A stretch of DNA of 64,000 nucleotides, from NCBI GenBank assembly GCA_949285665.1, contig CASDYC010000001.1, positions 5,376-69,375 of the forward strand. The letters run 5' to 3'. The position numbers and the translations under genes are program-made. This document shows, piece after piece, positions 35,846 to 46,620 of this stretch. Within the stretch, counting starts at the first letter, position 1. Each line of letters starts with the position of its first letter. The notes beneath the pieces were generated by a model. The model was not told the origin of the DNA. It was given only the letters and a program-made list of their open reading frames with translations, and made no database searches. This DNA comes from an uncultured bacterium (GTDB taxonomy: Bacteria; Bacillota_I; Bacilli_A; RFN20; CAG-826).

Positions 35846-36199
35846 ATGGTTAAAGAAATTGCAAGTTTATCACGAAGAAAACAAAAATTAGCACTAGATA
35901 TAGTAAATGTTTTAACTTATGCAAATATCGAAATGGATGTTTTAGAAATTATATCAAAAATTAATCCTAAAACACTTAAAACTCTTTGTGATTTTATCTC
36001 TTCAAAATCTAGTAAAGAGATTGAAGAGTTAATTATTAACTTAAATCACTTATCAAAATTAATTGATGTAGTTAATGCTCATAGTCAAGATCTAATTGAT
36101 ATCAAAACAAAAATAAGTGAAGCACCTTATAAAGAAGATAGCGCAGAAAAAATGATTAAAAGTTTAAGTAAAGGAGTTGAAACTCTAAATGTCAGATAA
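35846..36199 (+). CDS. hypothetical protein
   Basis: 117-aa ORF between terL and the portal gene. Confidence 0.3.
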   Translation: MVKEIASLSRRKQKLALDIVNVLTYANIEMDVLEIISKINPKTLKTLCDFISSKSSKEIEELIINLNHLSKLIDVVNAHSQDLIDIKTKISEAPYKEDSAEKMIKSLSKGVETLNVR

Positions 36200-38288
36200 G
36201 AAAACTACAAAAAGTTATGAAGCATATCGCTTTTATAGAGATAATTATTTTCTAAATTCAAACCTAGAAAATGTTTTAAAACAAGCACGAGATTTTTATT
36301 TAGGAAAACACTATGAAGGTAATGAAGAAGTAATTAACATGCCAAAACCAGTCTTTAATCTTTGTAGAGAAGCGGCTGAAAAAGTAACAAGTAAGTTATT
36401 ATCTAGCAATCCTTATTTCGCTTTTGTTGCAGATACCACAGAAGAAAATTGTAATTCAATAAGTCACTACTATGATTATTTACTTTCAAAAATGGGCAAT
36501 AAGAAAATAAGAGCTCAAATAGTAAGAAGAGCCTTAATAGATGGAGTTGGCGTATCAGTAACAAGTTTTGATAGTGATGAAATTGGAAGAGCAAAATTAA
36601 AAGGTTTCTTAAAAAGAAAAGTAATTTTAATTGAAGACTGTTTCTTTGCAAATCCATACTGTGAAGATATACAAGAGCAAGAATATGTTGGTTTTGTTGT
36701 TCCAATGCAAATTAAAGCCGCAAAAGAAATATTAGAAGAAACTAATAAGAAAAAAAGAAAAGAGAAATTAGATCTCATAGTTCCAGAAGATTATTTTGAA
36801 AATGAAAGTGCATATAAAGACTACGATGCAAATAAAATTAATGCTCAAACTATTAATGTTTATTTTAGATTTATGAGATTTAATGGTGATGTATTTTATG
36901 ATATTGAAACAAAATATGTAAGTCTTTTAAATAATCCACATTCGCTACAACCTTATGTAAATGAAGAAATTGCAAAATCTAAACTAAAAGATTTAGAAGA
37001 ACGTGAAAAAGATAATGACACTCTTAATAAACAATTTATCGATTATGATATGGACACTCAATCTTATTTAGTTCCAAGTAAAATCAAACAAGAAGAAGTT
37101 GATAAAGATTTTAATACTAAGAAAAAGAAGTTCAATTTATACCCAATTTCAATGTTTAAACCATTTCCAATTGAAGGAAGTATTTTAGGTCAAAGTTATG
37201 TATCTTTACTTGTTGCGAATAATAAAATAATTGACTATACAGCCTTATTAGTAATCTTAATCATGCAAAGTTCTGCATCTCCAAAATTAGTTGTTAAACC
37301 AGATGCTTTAAGAGGACAAATTATTACTAATGAACCAGGGCAAGTATTAATCGATTATACACTTGCTGGAAATGGTATTCAAAGAATGGAAGGAAGTGCA
37401 ATTAATAATTCTGTCTTCCAAGTTTTAAATTCTTTTATTGCTTTAACAAAAGATAATTATGGTTTTGCAAATATTGAAAATAATAGTGGTGCTAAATCAG
37501 GTTATGCTTATGAACAAGAAGTAAAACAAGGGAATTTAATGTGGGAACAACCACTTCAAGCACTTTATGAATATGACAAAGATGTTGCTTATATTGATTT
37601 ACTTTATATGCAATTCTATATCGATAATGCTTACTATATTGAGACTCATACGAGCGGTGAACTTCAAATGAACGAAGCATATAGACTTCAATATCAAGAT
37701 ATGGTTGATAGTGGAAATGCAAGTTTACCACAAGGGACAATACTTCCAAAAATGCATAAATCCGAAAGAAAAGAAGTTGATAAAGAAGTTTTCACTTTTG
37801 ATTATGACATTGTAATTGAAGTTGAAAATGGAATTAACGATAGTCAAGTCAGCGAAGCACAATATTTTGGTGAAGTATTTAGTCAAATTATGAGTGGTAA
37901 TATGGCAGCCGATAAAATTAGAGCTTTTGTTGATAATGATCCTAGATTTTCAAATAAGTTAAGACAAAGTATTAGCGATAGCTTAAAAGCTCTTGAAGTT
38001 AGCCAATTATCTTATAAAGATAAACAAATTCAAGCACTTCAAGCACAACTTCAAAATATCGTATCTCAAAGTTCTCAAGCAATGGAAGTTTATAAGAAAA
38101 CAAATCAACTTATGAAAGATAGATATGATGCTTTAACTAAATCTTATCAAGAAAACGTAAAGATGAATGAAGCAATTGCAAAATCTGCTCAAAATTCAAA
38201 GAATGCGGGACAAAAATTATCAGAAAGTGAAGTTAAAAGCATGAATGCAAAAGGGATTAGCGGTTATTCATTTGATACGACTACTTAA
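36189..38288 (+). CDS. portal protein candidate with a C-terminal coiled coil
   Basis: 699 aa. Lies between TerL and the scaffold/capsid genes. Confidence 0.5.
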   Translation: MSDKKTTKSYEAYRFYRDNYFLNSNLENVLKQARDFYLGKHYEGNEEVINMPKPVFNLCREAAEKVTSKLLSSNPYFAFVADTTEENCNSISHYYDYLLSKMGNKKIRAQIVRRALIDGVGVSVTSFDSDEIGRAKLKGFLKRKVILIEDCFFANPYCEDIQEQEYVGFVVPMQIKAAKEILEETNKKKRKEKLDLIVPEDYFENESAYKDYDANKINAQTINVYFRFMRFNGDVFYDIETKYVSLLNNPHSLQPYVNEEIAKSKLKDLEEREKDNDTLNKQFIDYDMDTQSYLVPSKIKQEEVDKDFNTKKKKFNLYPISMFKPFPIEGSILGQSYVSLLVANNKIIDYTALLVILIMQSSASPKLVVKPDALRGQIITNEPGQVLIDYTLAGNGIQRMEGSAINNSVFQVLNSFIALTKDNYGFANIENNSGAKSGYAYEQEVKQGNLMWEQPLQALYEYDKDVAYIDLLYMQFYIDNAYYIETHTSGELQMNEAYRLQYQDMVDSGNASLPQGTILPKMHKSERKEVDKEVFTFDYDIVIEVENGINDSQVSEAQYFGEVFSQIMSGNMAADKIRAFVDNDPRFSNKLRQSISDSLKALEVSQLSYKDKQIQALQAQLQNIVSQSSQAMEVYKKTNQLMKDRYDALTKSYQENVKMNEAIAKSAQNSKNAGQKLSESEVKSMNAKGISGYSFDTTT

Positions 38289-38390
38289 TTAGTTCAATTA
38301 TCTCATTTGAGATTTTGATATATATTCGCATGTAAATAGCGTAAAAATTACAATTCGGGTAATTCTAGACCTGTGCAAAGGAGCAAAAAC

Positions 38391-39098
38391 ATGGATGAAG
38401 AAAATAAATTAAACGAGCAACAAGAAGAAACTTCTCAAGAAAATGAAGTTCAAAATAAAGAACAACAAACTCGAGAAGAAAACAAAAAATTCGCTGCTCT
38501 TCGCCGACAACACGAAGAGGATGTGAAAAAAGTTAAATATGAGACTTTAACAAAAGCAACTGATGAAAATGTATTCAAAGAATTAGGTATTGATAGTATT
38601 TCTGATGAATATAGCGAAAAGTTAGTTAACTTTTATAAAGAAGGTCAAAAAAAGGAAGTGGAAAATCCACAAACTTATGCTTATAAGAAAGCAAACGAAT
38701 GGAAAAAAGAAGAAGAAAATAAGCAAAAAAGTTTAAAAGAAGAAGAAGCTAAAGACAAAGAGAAAATTGCTGAAGAAGTTAAAAGTGTTAAATCTAAATA
38801 TAAAAAAGATTTAGAAACAATCTTAAAAGAAGAACCTTTATATGAAAAATACTTCGGTAATTTTGTAGATAGTAAAAAGCATAATCTTTTAAATACACTT
38901 GATACTTATTACTCGCTTAAAGATGCCATAATTGCTGAATATAAAGCAAAATTGGAACAAGATAAGCAAAAAGAAATGGCTAAAAAACAAGGCGATTTCT
39001 TAAAAGGCGAACCAAGTAAGTTTGAAGATAAACCATATACCTCTTTAAGTAAAGAAGAAAGAATCTCATATTTAAGAAGTAAAGGACTTATAGATTAA
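38391..39098 (+). CDS. scaffold protein candidate (K/E-rich)
   Basis: AAAGGAG RBS before the ATG at 38391. The ORF track starts at a GTG at 38373. Highly charged and helical. Immediately upstream of the capsid gene. Confidence 0.45.
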   Translation: MDEENKLNEQQEETSQENEVQNKEQQTREENKKFAALRRQHEEDVKKVKYETLTKATDENVFKELGIDSISDEYSEKLVNFYKEGQKKEVENPQTYAYKKANEWKKEEENKQKSLKEEEAKDKEKIAEEVKSVKSKYKKDLETILKEEPLYEKYFGNFVDSKKHNLLNTLDTYYSLKDAIIAEYKAKLEQDKQKEMAKKQGDFLKGEPSKFEDKPYTSLSKEERISYLRSKGLID

Positions 39099-39118
39099 AT
39101 AAAAAGGAGATTTTAAAA

Positions 39119-40384
39119 ATGGCTGATACATTACTTTCAAATTTAGTTAAATTAGGCGATATGCCTGTCGAACAACAAGCAGAATTCTGGGATGCAATCT
39201 TATATTCTGCTGAACATCAAAGTGAAATGAATAATTTCGTTAATAAAAAAGCAATTGACGCAAATAAAACTTCGATTACTTATTTTAGAACAATTTTACC
39301 TGTTATTGATAAATCAAGTGATAGATATAAAAACGGTTTAATTGAAGGTGTTACACCAGCACCAGAGAAAATGGAAATCATGGAATTAACTGCTGATTTA
39401 ATTCAAAATGGTTGGTTCTATGGATTTACTGATAAAGCGTTGCAACATTCTTATCATGATTTAACAAAAGTTGCAAAAGATTCATTAGCAAACACAATGA
39501 GAAGTTATAACGATGAAAAAATCGCTGATACTTACTTCTCAAGTTTAAATGTCGCTGATGGTATCGATATTACAACTTATGAAGGACTTTTAAAATTAAA
39601 AGGCTATTTATTCACTGCAAGAGCCCAAACAATTAATGGAAATTATATCTTAATGGCACCTCTTGAAGTATTAGATTTATTACTTGCTAAATATAGTGAT
39701 AGATTAACTCATACTACTGAAAAGAACGCTTTAATTCAAGGTGAATTAGGTGAACTTGCTGGATTTAGATTAGTTCCTTCAAGACTTCAAGCATTCCATA
39801 CTTCTGATAATAAATTAAGATATTTAGCATTTGGTAAAAATACAAGAGGAGAATACCCAGTAACTATTGCTGCTTATAAACTTAATGAAAATGGTCAAAT
39901 TATCGTTAAAGGTTTAGGTGAATTAGGCAATGGTGATGCTTTAAATCAACGTGGTTCTATCGGTTTAAAAATCGATGGTGAAGCATTCATTATGTCCGAT
40001 GATAGTTGTGCAATTCACGGTGTCATTGATGCTGCTAGAGTTTATAACGAATATGATTATGACAATAAGACAAGCAATAAAGTAAGAACTAGTGTAAGCG
40101 GTGTTGGTTTTACTGCTAATGCTTCATATATTGAACTTGAAGTTGGCAAAACATTTACACTTGCTGTAACAAGTGCTGATGGCACAGATATTACTACAAC
40201 CGCAACAATTGCTGTTGATAATACTGCAATTGCAACATATGCAACAAAAGTTGTAACTGCTGTTAAAGCTGGTATGACAATGTTGACAATTAAGAGTGGT
40301 GATGTAACAACTTACATTCCTGTAAAAGTTACTCCAAAAACTCCAACTGCTGTAACACCAGCAACTGAAACTATTGGTTCATAA
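39119..40384 (+). CDS. major capsid protein candidate with a C-terminal Ig-like (Big_2-type) domain
   Basis: 421 aa. C-terminal TLAVTSADGTDITTTATIAVDNTAIATYATKVVTAVKAGMTMLTIKSG. AAAGGAG RBS. Confidence 0.5.
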   Translation: MADTLLSNLVKLGDMPVEQQAEFWDAILYSAEHQSEMNNFVNKKAIDANKTSITYFRTILPVIDKSSDRYKNGLIEGVTPAPEKMEIMELTADLIQNGWFYGFTDKALQHSYHDLTKVAKDSLANTMRSYNDEKIADTYFSSLNVADGIDITTYEGLLKLKGYLFTARAQTINGNYILMAPLEVLDLLLAKYSDRLTHTTEKNALIQGELGELAGFRLVPSRLQAFHTSDNKLRYLAFGKNTRGEYPVTIAAYKLNENGQIIVKGLGELGNGDALNQRGSIGLKIDGEAFIMSDDSCAIHGVIDAARVYNEYDYDNKTSNKVRTSVSGVGFTANASYIELEVGKTFTLAVTSADGTDITTTATIAVDNTAIATYATKVVTAVKAGMTMLTIKSGDVTTYIPVKVTPKTPTAVTPATETIGS

Positions 40385-40468
40385 TTTGATGATTCTGATA
40401 GTGGTAAATAATTAGTTTTAAAAAATGACTAGGAGCCTAAAAACTCCTAGTCGGAAGGAGAAAAGAGA

Positions 40469-40678
40469 ATGATACAAGATGAAAAAGTTAGAAATCCAAA
40501 AGCCTATTTAGATAAACAAAAAAAGGTTGAAATTAAGATTTTAAAAGTTGGTGAAGCTAAAAAATTAAATACAGTTGGTGTAACTTATAATGGCTATACA
40601 ATTCAAATTCCAGTTGGCGATACTGTAAAAGTTCCAGAACCAATTGCTGAAATTTTAAGAAATAGAGGATTAATTTAG
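40469..40678 (+). CDS. small structural-module protein
   Basis: 69-aa ORF. Confidence 0.3.
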   Translation: MIQDEKVRNPKAYLDKQKKVEIKILKVGEAKKLNTVGVTYNGYTIQIPVGDTVKVPEPIAEILRNRGLI

Positions 40679-40683
40679 TTTGT

Positions 40684-41421
40684 ATGAAATTGAGTGAAGT
40701 TAAGTTAATTAGTTTAAAGAATTTTGCTAATTTTGATGATAATTATTCATTAACGCAAGACCAAGTAAGACAATCAAGAAGTGATAAAGTATTAGATAGC
40801 AAATACAATATCGCTGATAGTAACTTTTGGACTGCTTTTAATACATTTATCTCTCAAATATCATCAAGAGACAAACTTCACCCAATTCTTGCATACTTTA
40901 TCGTAAGTGAGGTTTCCTCCAATAAATATGATATGCATTTCTTCACTTATGATAGAGAATATAAAAAAGGTATTCAAGTTGGGCGTATATATACAGTTTT
41001 TATTAAACGAGATAATAAAACATTGTTCCCTTCTTTTAGACAAGTTAGTAATGAAAAGTTTGTTTTATATAATTTTCAAGTTAAAGTTGGCGATATTATA
41101 TACGTTCAATTTAGACCTATTTTACCATTATTTAATCAAGAAGATATTTTGCTTGTTAAAAATGATATGACTGATGATAGTTCAAATCTTGTAGATAATG
41201 ACATTGATTTATATTTAGATTATGGAATTGATGACAATATTTTAGATATTGGAATTAACTACTATATACCAGCTCTTTTAAATAAAGATACTGATAGAGA
41301 TAGATATACAAATGACTTATCTATTGCTCAATCTTTAATCAATAATTTAGAAGCATATAGTGGTGATGCTTTAATTAAAGAAAACAAAATTGAAAGAAGT
41401 AATTTAGGTTTCAGGTGGTAA
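40684..41421 (+). CDS. structural-module protein, hypothetical
   Basis: 245-aa ORF. Confidence 0.35.
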   Translation: MKLSEVKLISLKNFANFDDNYSLTQDQVRQSRSDKVLDSKYNIADSNFWTAFNTFISQISSRDKLHPILAYFIVSEVSSNKYDMHFFTYDREYKKGIQVGRIYTVFIKRDNKTLFPSFRQVSNEKFVLYNFQVKVGDIIYVQFRPILPLFNQEDILLVKNDMTDDSSNLVDNDIDLYLDYGIDDNILDIGINYYIPALLNKDTDRDRYTNDLSIAQSLINNLEAYSGDALIKENKIERSNLGFRW

Positions 41422-43121
41422 AAATGGGATTTATTAATAGAAATTATCAACCTCCATTATTAAGTAATGAAGAAGAAAAAAGATTAAAAGTTAATCAATT
41501 TAAAGGTGTTGATTATACAACATCTCCTTTAGATATGTCTGATAATCGTTCTATTGATATGCTAAATTATGTAAGAAAAAATAACGTATTAGAAAAAAGA
41601 AACGGTATAAATGGTATCTTGAATTTTGAAAACCCAATATACGATCTATGGCGTTTTTTAGATTGTTTAATAATTCATACTGGAAGTGATATATACGTTT
41701 ATAAATTGGAAACTTTTGAGTTTTTAAAGTCATTTAAAGATTGCGTATTACCTAAAAAAATAATGGCTTTTGTAAGTGGTGAAAGACTTTATATATTAGG
41801 TGGTGTTAATTATTTAGTTTTACAAAAGAAAAAAAATAAAATAAGTTTAATTGGTCAAGATAGTGAGTTTGAATTATTAAAAGCATCTGATATTGCTTAT
41901 ATTCCAACTACAACTATTGGAATTAATCAAGAAAATTATGAAGGAATAACTTCAAGAACCACATTAGATGACCAAAATTTATTAGTTGATAGAGTTGTTA
42001 ACGAATTAATCGGTGGAAGTAGTATTAAAACTTACTATTTAAAAGATAACACTCCAAGTCAAGAAGTAGTAGAAGATAGCGATAAATTTGAAACACCAAA
42101 TATCATAACTACTTATAAACTTGATAGAACAATTGAAATTAATGATGAAACCTTGTCTTATAAACAACTTCCAAAAATTAATATTCGTTATAACTGGGAA
42201 GATATTATTAAAATTATGCTCAAATATAACGGAAGTGATAAAGATTTATATGAATTTGAAGAAGGTGCTACAATTTACCCAGTTACTACAATTTCTTTTG
42301 CAATTATATGTTATTTTGTAAATAACTATAAAAATTATAATCCAGAGCAAATTAAATTAATTGTTAATAAAAATGGAGTTAGTAATACATATACGCCTTT
42401 TATTAATTCAATGAATTATATAGTTCCAATTGACTTATTAACTGAATTAGGAACAGATAGAAAAAAGACATTAAGTTATACATTTAAAGCACGATATTTA
42501 AAAGAAGATGCAACTGCCGGTGATGAACCATTATCTGAAAGTAATACAATTACAAAAGATATAACACTAAGAAAATATAAACAAAGATATTATTTGAATT
42601 ATGGGGACACAGTGTTTTATTACCCAAGTAATGAATCTTTATTTTTAAATGGTTCCATTATTTTTTTAAATCTTGCTACGTCAAAATATAATGATTTTGA
42701 ATTAAAAAATATTGAGATTTATTACAAAGGAAAACAAATAAAGAATATTTCAGAAACTGGTTTAAATGCTAATGATTTTATATGGTCCAATGGAATTAAA
42801 AATGACGACCTTGAAAATGAAAGACATTTCCCATCAAATAATGTTTTTTGGATTTTTAATAAAAAAGAAAACTACGATATTGGTTATAAAAAAACTACGA
42901 TATTGCTCAAAATTTTTATTTCTTTTGCTGAAAACGATCCAAGACCTTACACAAATTTTTTTGACCAGTCAAATCCAAATACTTATATAAAAGTTAATGG
43001 TAAAAGAATTACATTTAAAACAAACTATCTTGGGAAAGATTTTGAGGAAAATTTAGATAATAAAAACTTTGAATGGTTAGTAAACGCCAATAAAGGCATA
43101 GGAGTTGAATACGATGACTAG
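41415..43121 (+). CDS. structural-module protein, hypothetical
   Basis: 568-aa ORF. Confidence 0.4.
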   Translation: MVKMGFINRNYQPPLLSNEEEKRLKVNQFKGVDYTTSPLDMSDNRSIDMLNYVRKNNVLEKRNGINGILNFENPIYDLWRFLDCLIIHTGSDIYVYKLETFEFLKSFKDCVLPKKIMAFVSGERLYILGGVNYLVLQKKKNKISLIGQDSEFELLKASDIAYIPTTTIGINQENYEGITSRTTLDDQNLLVDRVVNELIGGSSIKTYYLKDNTPSQEVVEDSDKFETPNIITTYKLDRTIEINDETLSYKQLPKINIRYNWEDIIKIMLKYNGSDKDLYEFEEGATIYPVTTISFAIICYFVNNYKNYNPEQIKLIVNKNGVSNTYTPFINSMNYIVPIDLLTELGTDRKKTLSYTFKARYLKEDATAGDEPLSESNTITKDITLRKYKQRYYLNYGDTVFYYPSNESLFLNGSIIFLNLATSKYNDFELKNIEIYYKGKQIKNISETGLNANDFIWSNGIKNDDLENERHFPSNNVFWIFNKKENYDIGYKKTTILLKIFISFAENDPRPYTNFFDQSNPNTYIKVNGKRITFKTNYLGKDFEENLDNKNFEWLVNANKGIGVEYDD

Positions 43122-45276
43122 TTTAAATTTAGATCTTGTTGGTATTCGACTTGATAGTCTTGATATTTCAATAATTTCTAATGGAATTAAACTTTTTAAT
43201 GTATTTGTTTTTATTAAAAAAGAAGATGCAATTAAAATAACTGGTGATAGTGAAAATTTACAAATAAAAACTCATGAATTAACTAGTAGTAATTTAATTT
43301 TAAAGAAAAAAACAACTAGTGAAATTGATAATATCTTTAATGATGTAAGAGATTTATATAACACATACGATTATTTTTATATTGAAGAAATGATAAGACC
43401 TATAAATTCAAGTTCATCCGTTAAAGGAACCGATATTGATGTTTATGGCTATATAATTAATGGAACTAATCAACTTGTTTTATTTAATGATTATAGAAGT
43501 GATGATATAAGTGATAAAGGAAATATAGAAATAGAATTTCCATTTATTCAATATGATGAAAATAACAACAAATTAGATAATCAAGGAAGAATTAATAATT
43601 GTTATTTTGGTGCATTATACGGCATTAGTAATTTAAAAAATAGACTATTTATTGGTGGAGATAATAATATTATTTATCACACAGATACAATAAATATGAG
43701 TGCATTAAGCGATAATAAAACAAACCTTAACGAAGATGATTTATTATATTTCCCAGCACTTTCATATCAATATGTTGGAAGAAATGAAAATAAGATTGTT
43801 GGTTTTGATGTATCAAGCAACAATAAATTAATAGTCTTTAAAGATAAATCATTCCAAGAAAGCACTATTTACTATATAGAAGGTCAATTAAGCGAAATTG
43901 ATGATTTAGGTGTTTCAAGAGAAGTTTATACAATTAAACAAGGAAATAATGGTTTAACTGCTTATAATCATTCAAATATAGTTAATTACAATGGTTATAC
44001 ATTGTTCTTATCAACGAATAAAACAATTCAAAGATTACTAAACCAAGAAAATTTAATTGGTGATACAAAATATTCAACCGAAATATCTTATTATATTGAT
44101 AATTATTTACTTAATTTAGAAAACGAAAATTATAAAAATGGAAGACTTATTATAACTAGTAAATATTTATTTACTTGTTTTGATGATGTTTGTTTTGTTT
44201 CATCAATTGAAGAAGTAAATAATGGTAATTTTGAATATTACCCTCTTAATATTAAGGGTGTTAATGACATTATTGAAATTGATAATGATAATTATTTACT
44301 TGGATTAAGCGATGGAAAATTAGTCTCATATAGTTCTAGAAATGAATATCAAGATGTTTATTTTGATTTAATTAACGATACTACAATTGAAGATGATTAC
44401 AACATTGTTTTAAGTGAAAGTGACATATCTAATTATAAAGTTGGACAAGAAGTTATTTTAGATGGAGTTGGTTATATTTCTTTTGGAACATTTGATAATT
44501 TAGTAGGAACAAGTCAAGGAAGTATAAAGAGTGAATATGAGTTTTTAATTAGTGAAAATAGAACAATTTATACATATATGACAAGAATTAGCACTGAGAC
44601 TAAAAAAGAAGAAATTGTCATAAGCGAATATAAATTAGAAAGAATTGATGATGTTGTTTATCTTAAAGGTAAAGTGTTAGGAAATGAAACAAACGAAATT
44701 TTAGGAAGTGATACAAACATAACTTCAAAAATATACATTAAATACTACAACGATAATTTAACAATCAATTCAATTGATAATGAAAATTCAACAATTACTT
44801 TATCATTTAAAGGCGTTAATATTTTAGATTATGAAGGAATTAATTTAGGTGATATAAATATAGATCTTTCAATTAGAAAATATACTAATACACCGGTTAA
44901 TGCGTTTTTCATTACAAAACCATTTTCAATGGGAACAACAACATATTACAAAAATATAATTTCTTTTACAGTGTCAAATCCTACTTTAAAAAATAGTAAT
45001 TTAAACGTTGGTATGATTGGAAATAAAACAACAAGTAGAGAGAGTAAATATGTATCAAGTGTTTCAACTTCTAGACTTGGTTTAGATTTAGCAAAGATTT
45101 ATTTTGGCGCTGTTGATTTCGAAGAAACTAATATTCCATTAAGGGTTTATACAAAGTTTCAACCATTCTTAAATCAAGTATTTACTAATTTTATTTTATA
45201 TAGTGAAACAAATGAAAATAGTATTTTAAACGATTTAGAAGTCGTTTATCGTATAGGACAAAAAGTAAGGGGGTAA
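43114..45276 (+). CDS. structural-module protein, hypothetical
   Basis: About 720 aa. AGGAG RBS before the ATG at 43114. The ORF track starts at a TTG at 43105. Confidence 0.4.
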   Translation: MTSLNLDLVGIRLDSLDISIISNGIKLFNVFVFIKKEDAIKITGDSENLQIKTHELTSSNLILKKKTTSEIDNIFNDVRDLYNTYDYFYIEEMIRPINSSSSVKGTDIDVYGYIINGTNQLVLFNDYRSDDISDKGNIEIEFPFIQYDENNNKLDNQGRINNCYFGALYGISNLKNRLFIGGDNNIIYHTDTINMSALSDNKTNLNEDDLLYFPALSYQYVGRNENKIVGFDVSSNNKLIVFKDKSFQESTIYYIEGQLSEIDDLGVSREVYTIKQGNNGLTAYNHSNIVNYNGYTLFLSTNKTIQRLLNQENLIGDTKYSTEISYYIDNYLLNLENENYKNGRLIITSKYLFTCFDDVCFVSSIEEVNNGNFEYYPLNIKGVNDIIEIDNDNYLLGLSDGKLVSYSSRNEYQDVYFDLINDTTIEDDYNIVLSESDISNYKVGQEVILDGVGYISFGTFDNLVGTSQGSIKSEYEFLISENRTIYTYMTRISTETKKEEIVISEYKLERIDDVVYLKGKVLGNETNEILGSDTNITSKIYIKYYNDNLTINSIDNENSTITLSFKGVNILDYEGINLGDINIDLSIRKYTNTPVNAFFITKPFSMGTTTYYKNIISFTVSNPTLKNSNLNVGMIGNKTTSRESKYVSSVSTSRLGLDLAKIYFGAVDFEETNIPLRVYTKFQPFLNQVFTNFILYSETNENSILNDLEVVYRIGQKVRG

Positions 45277-45279
45277 TTT

Positions 45280-45894
45280 ATGAAGATTAAAAAGTTATTA
45301 TTTGTTCCAATTCTAGCAAGTTCAATTTTGTTTTGTTCTAGTTTTAATTATGCCGACAATCAAGTCTTAAAAGCAGAAGAAACTACAACAAGTCAAGAAG
45401 TAGTTTATGAAGATAAAAACAACAATGGACTACCAGATGAATGGGAAGACTATTGGAGTGAAAATATATCAAAATCTTTCACGCTTGGAATGGTTATTAC
45501 TCTTGCTGTTAATATTTTATATGTTGCAGTTTCAAGTGCTTTAATGTTTTCAAAAACTAATAAATTCTCAAAAGGAACTAAATTATTTTCAAGCGAAACT
45601 CAAAAATTGCAAGATATAGCAAATAGTCAAAAAGAAGTAATTGAAAGTCAAAAATTACTCATTGAAAAACAATTAGAAACTATTAAAACATCACAAGAAA
45701 AATATGAAAAGCAATTAAAAAGTCAAACCGCCGAAAATGAAAGACTTAATCAACGTTTACAAATGATTACAAGTCAACTTAATTCTTATTCGACAACGAT
45801 GAAATCAATTGAAAAAATCGCTGAAAACCAACAAATAATCGCTAATAATTTGCCTTCTATGATTAGAAATGGAAGTTCCAAGGAGATTAAATAA
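45280..45894 (+). CDS. secreted/membrane-anchored coiled-coil protein
   Basis: Signal peptide, one TM segment and a Q/E-rich coiled coil. Confidence 0.35.
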   Translation: MKIKKLLFVPILASSILFCSSFNYADNQVLKAEETTTSQEVVYEDKNNNGLPDEWEDYWSENISKSFTLGMVITLAVNILYVAVSSALMFSKTNKFSKGTKLFSSETQKLQDIANSQKEVIESQKLLIEKQLETIKTSQEKYEKQLKSQTAENERLNQRLQMITSQLNSYSTTMKSIEKIAENQQIIANNLPSMIRNGSSKEIK

Positions 45895-46418
45895 TGACGA
45901 AAGAAGAAAAGAAAGAATATAAAAAGACTAATGAATATAAATTTAAACGTTCAAAAGTAATGAAGATTCTTTCAATATGCGAAGAATGGATTTCCATTTT
46001 ATCTCCATTTTGTGTAATGCTTGGCATCAATTGGAATAATTGGATTAAGACAAATGAAGATAAATATTCAATTGCGTTAGGTTTAGTATTAGCTCTTATT
46101 ATGACTGCTTTTGCAATTTATAAGAAGTTCAAATCCGAAATGAAACTTGGTTATTTATTTTGGATTGTTGGTTGGTGGGTTGCAACTTTATGTTTGTTAT
46201 TTTTGAACAAATTAATTCAAGATTTAGTTTATATCATGATTTACACGGGAATTGGCTTATTAGTTAGTTTAATTGGTAAATATGGAGAAAATTATTACAC
46301 GGCGTTAATGAAGCAATACGCACCAGAGGCTAAAAACAAAAATACAAATTCAAAATTAAGAAGTGAAGCATTTAAAGACTTATTAAGAAAGAAAGGAAAA
46401 GATGATGAAGAAATTTAA
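45894..46418 (+). CDS. polytopic membrane protein
   Basis: 174 aa with 3-4 TM helices. Confidence 0.35.
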   Translation: MTKEEKKEYKKTNEYKFKRSKVMKILSICEEWISILSPFCVMLGINWNNWIKTNEDKYSIALGLVLALIMTAFAIYKKFKSEMKLGYLFWIVGWWVATLCLLFLNKLIQDLVYIMIYTGIGLLVSLIGKYGENYYTALMKQYAPEAKNKNTNSKLRSEAFKDLLRKKGKDDEEI

Positions 46419-46620
46419 TAAAAAAGGACTAGCAATAGGAATTGGAACAATTTTATTTATCATAGTTGCTTTGATTTCTTTTGTAGTTGGAAGTTATTTA
46501 GTTGGCTGGGACATATTTTCTTGGTTTATTTCTCCAACTGCATATTTTGTGTATGGATTATTAGCAATAATCTTAATTGTTCTTATATATTTTTATGTAA
46601 TTAAAAGGAATAACGAATAA
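46402..46620 (+). CDS. holin-like small 2-TM protein
   Basis: 72 aa. Two hydrophobic helices and a charged C-terminus. Confidence 0.3.
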   Translation: MMKKFNKKGLAIGIGTILFIIVALISFVVGSYLVGWDIFSWFISPTAYFVYGLLAIILIVLIYFYVIKRNNE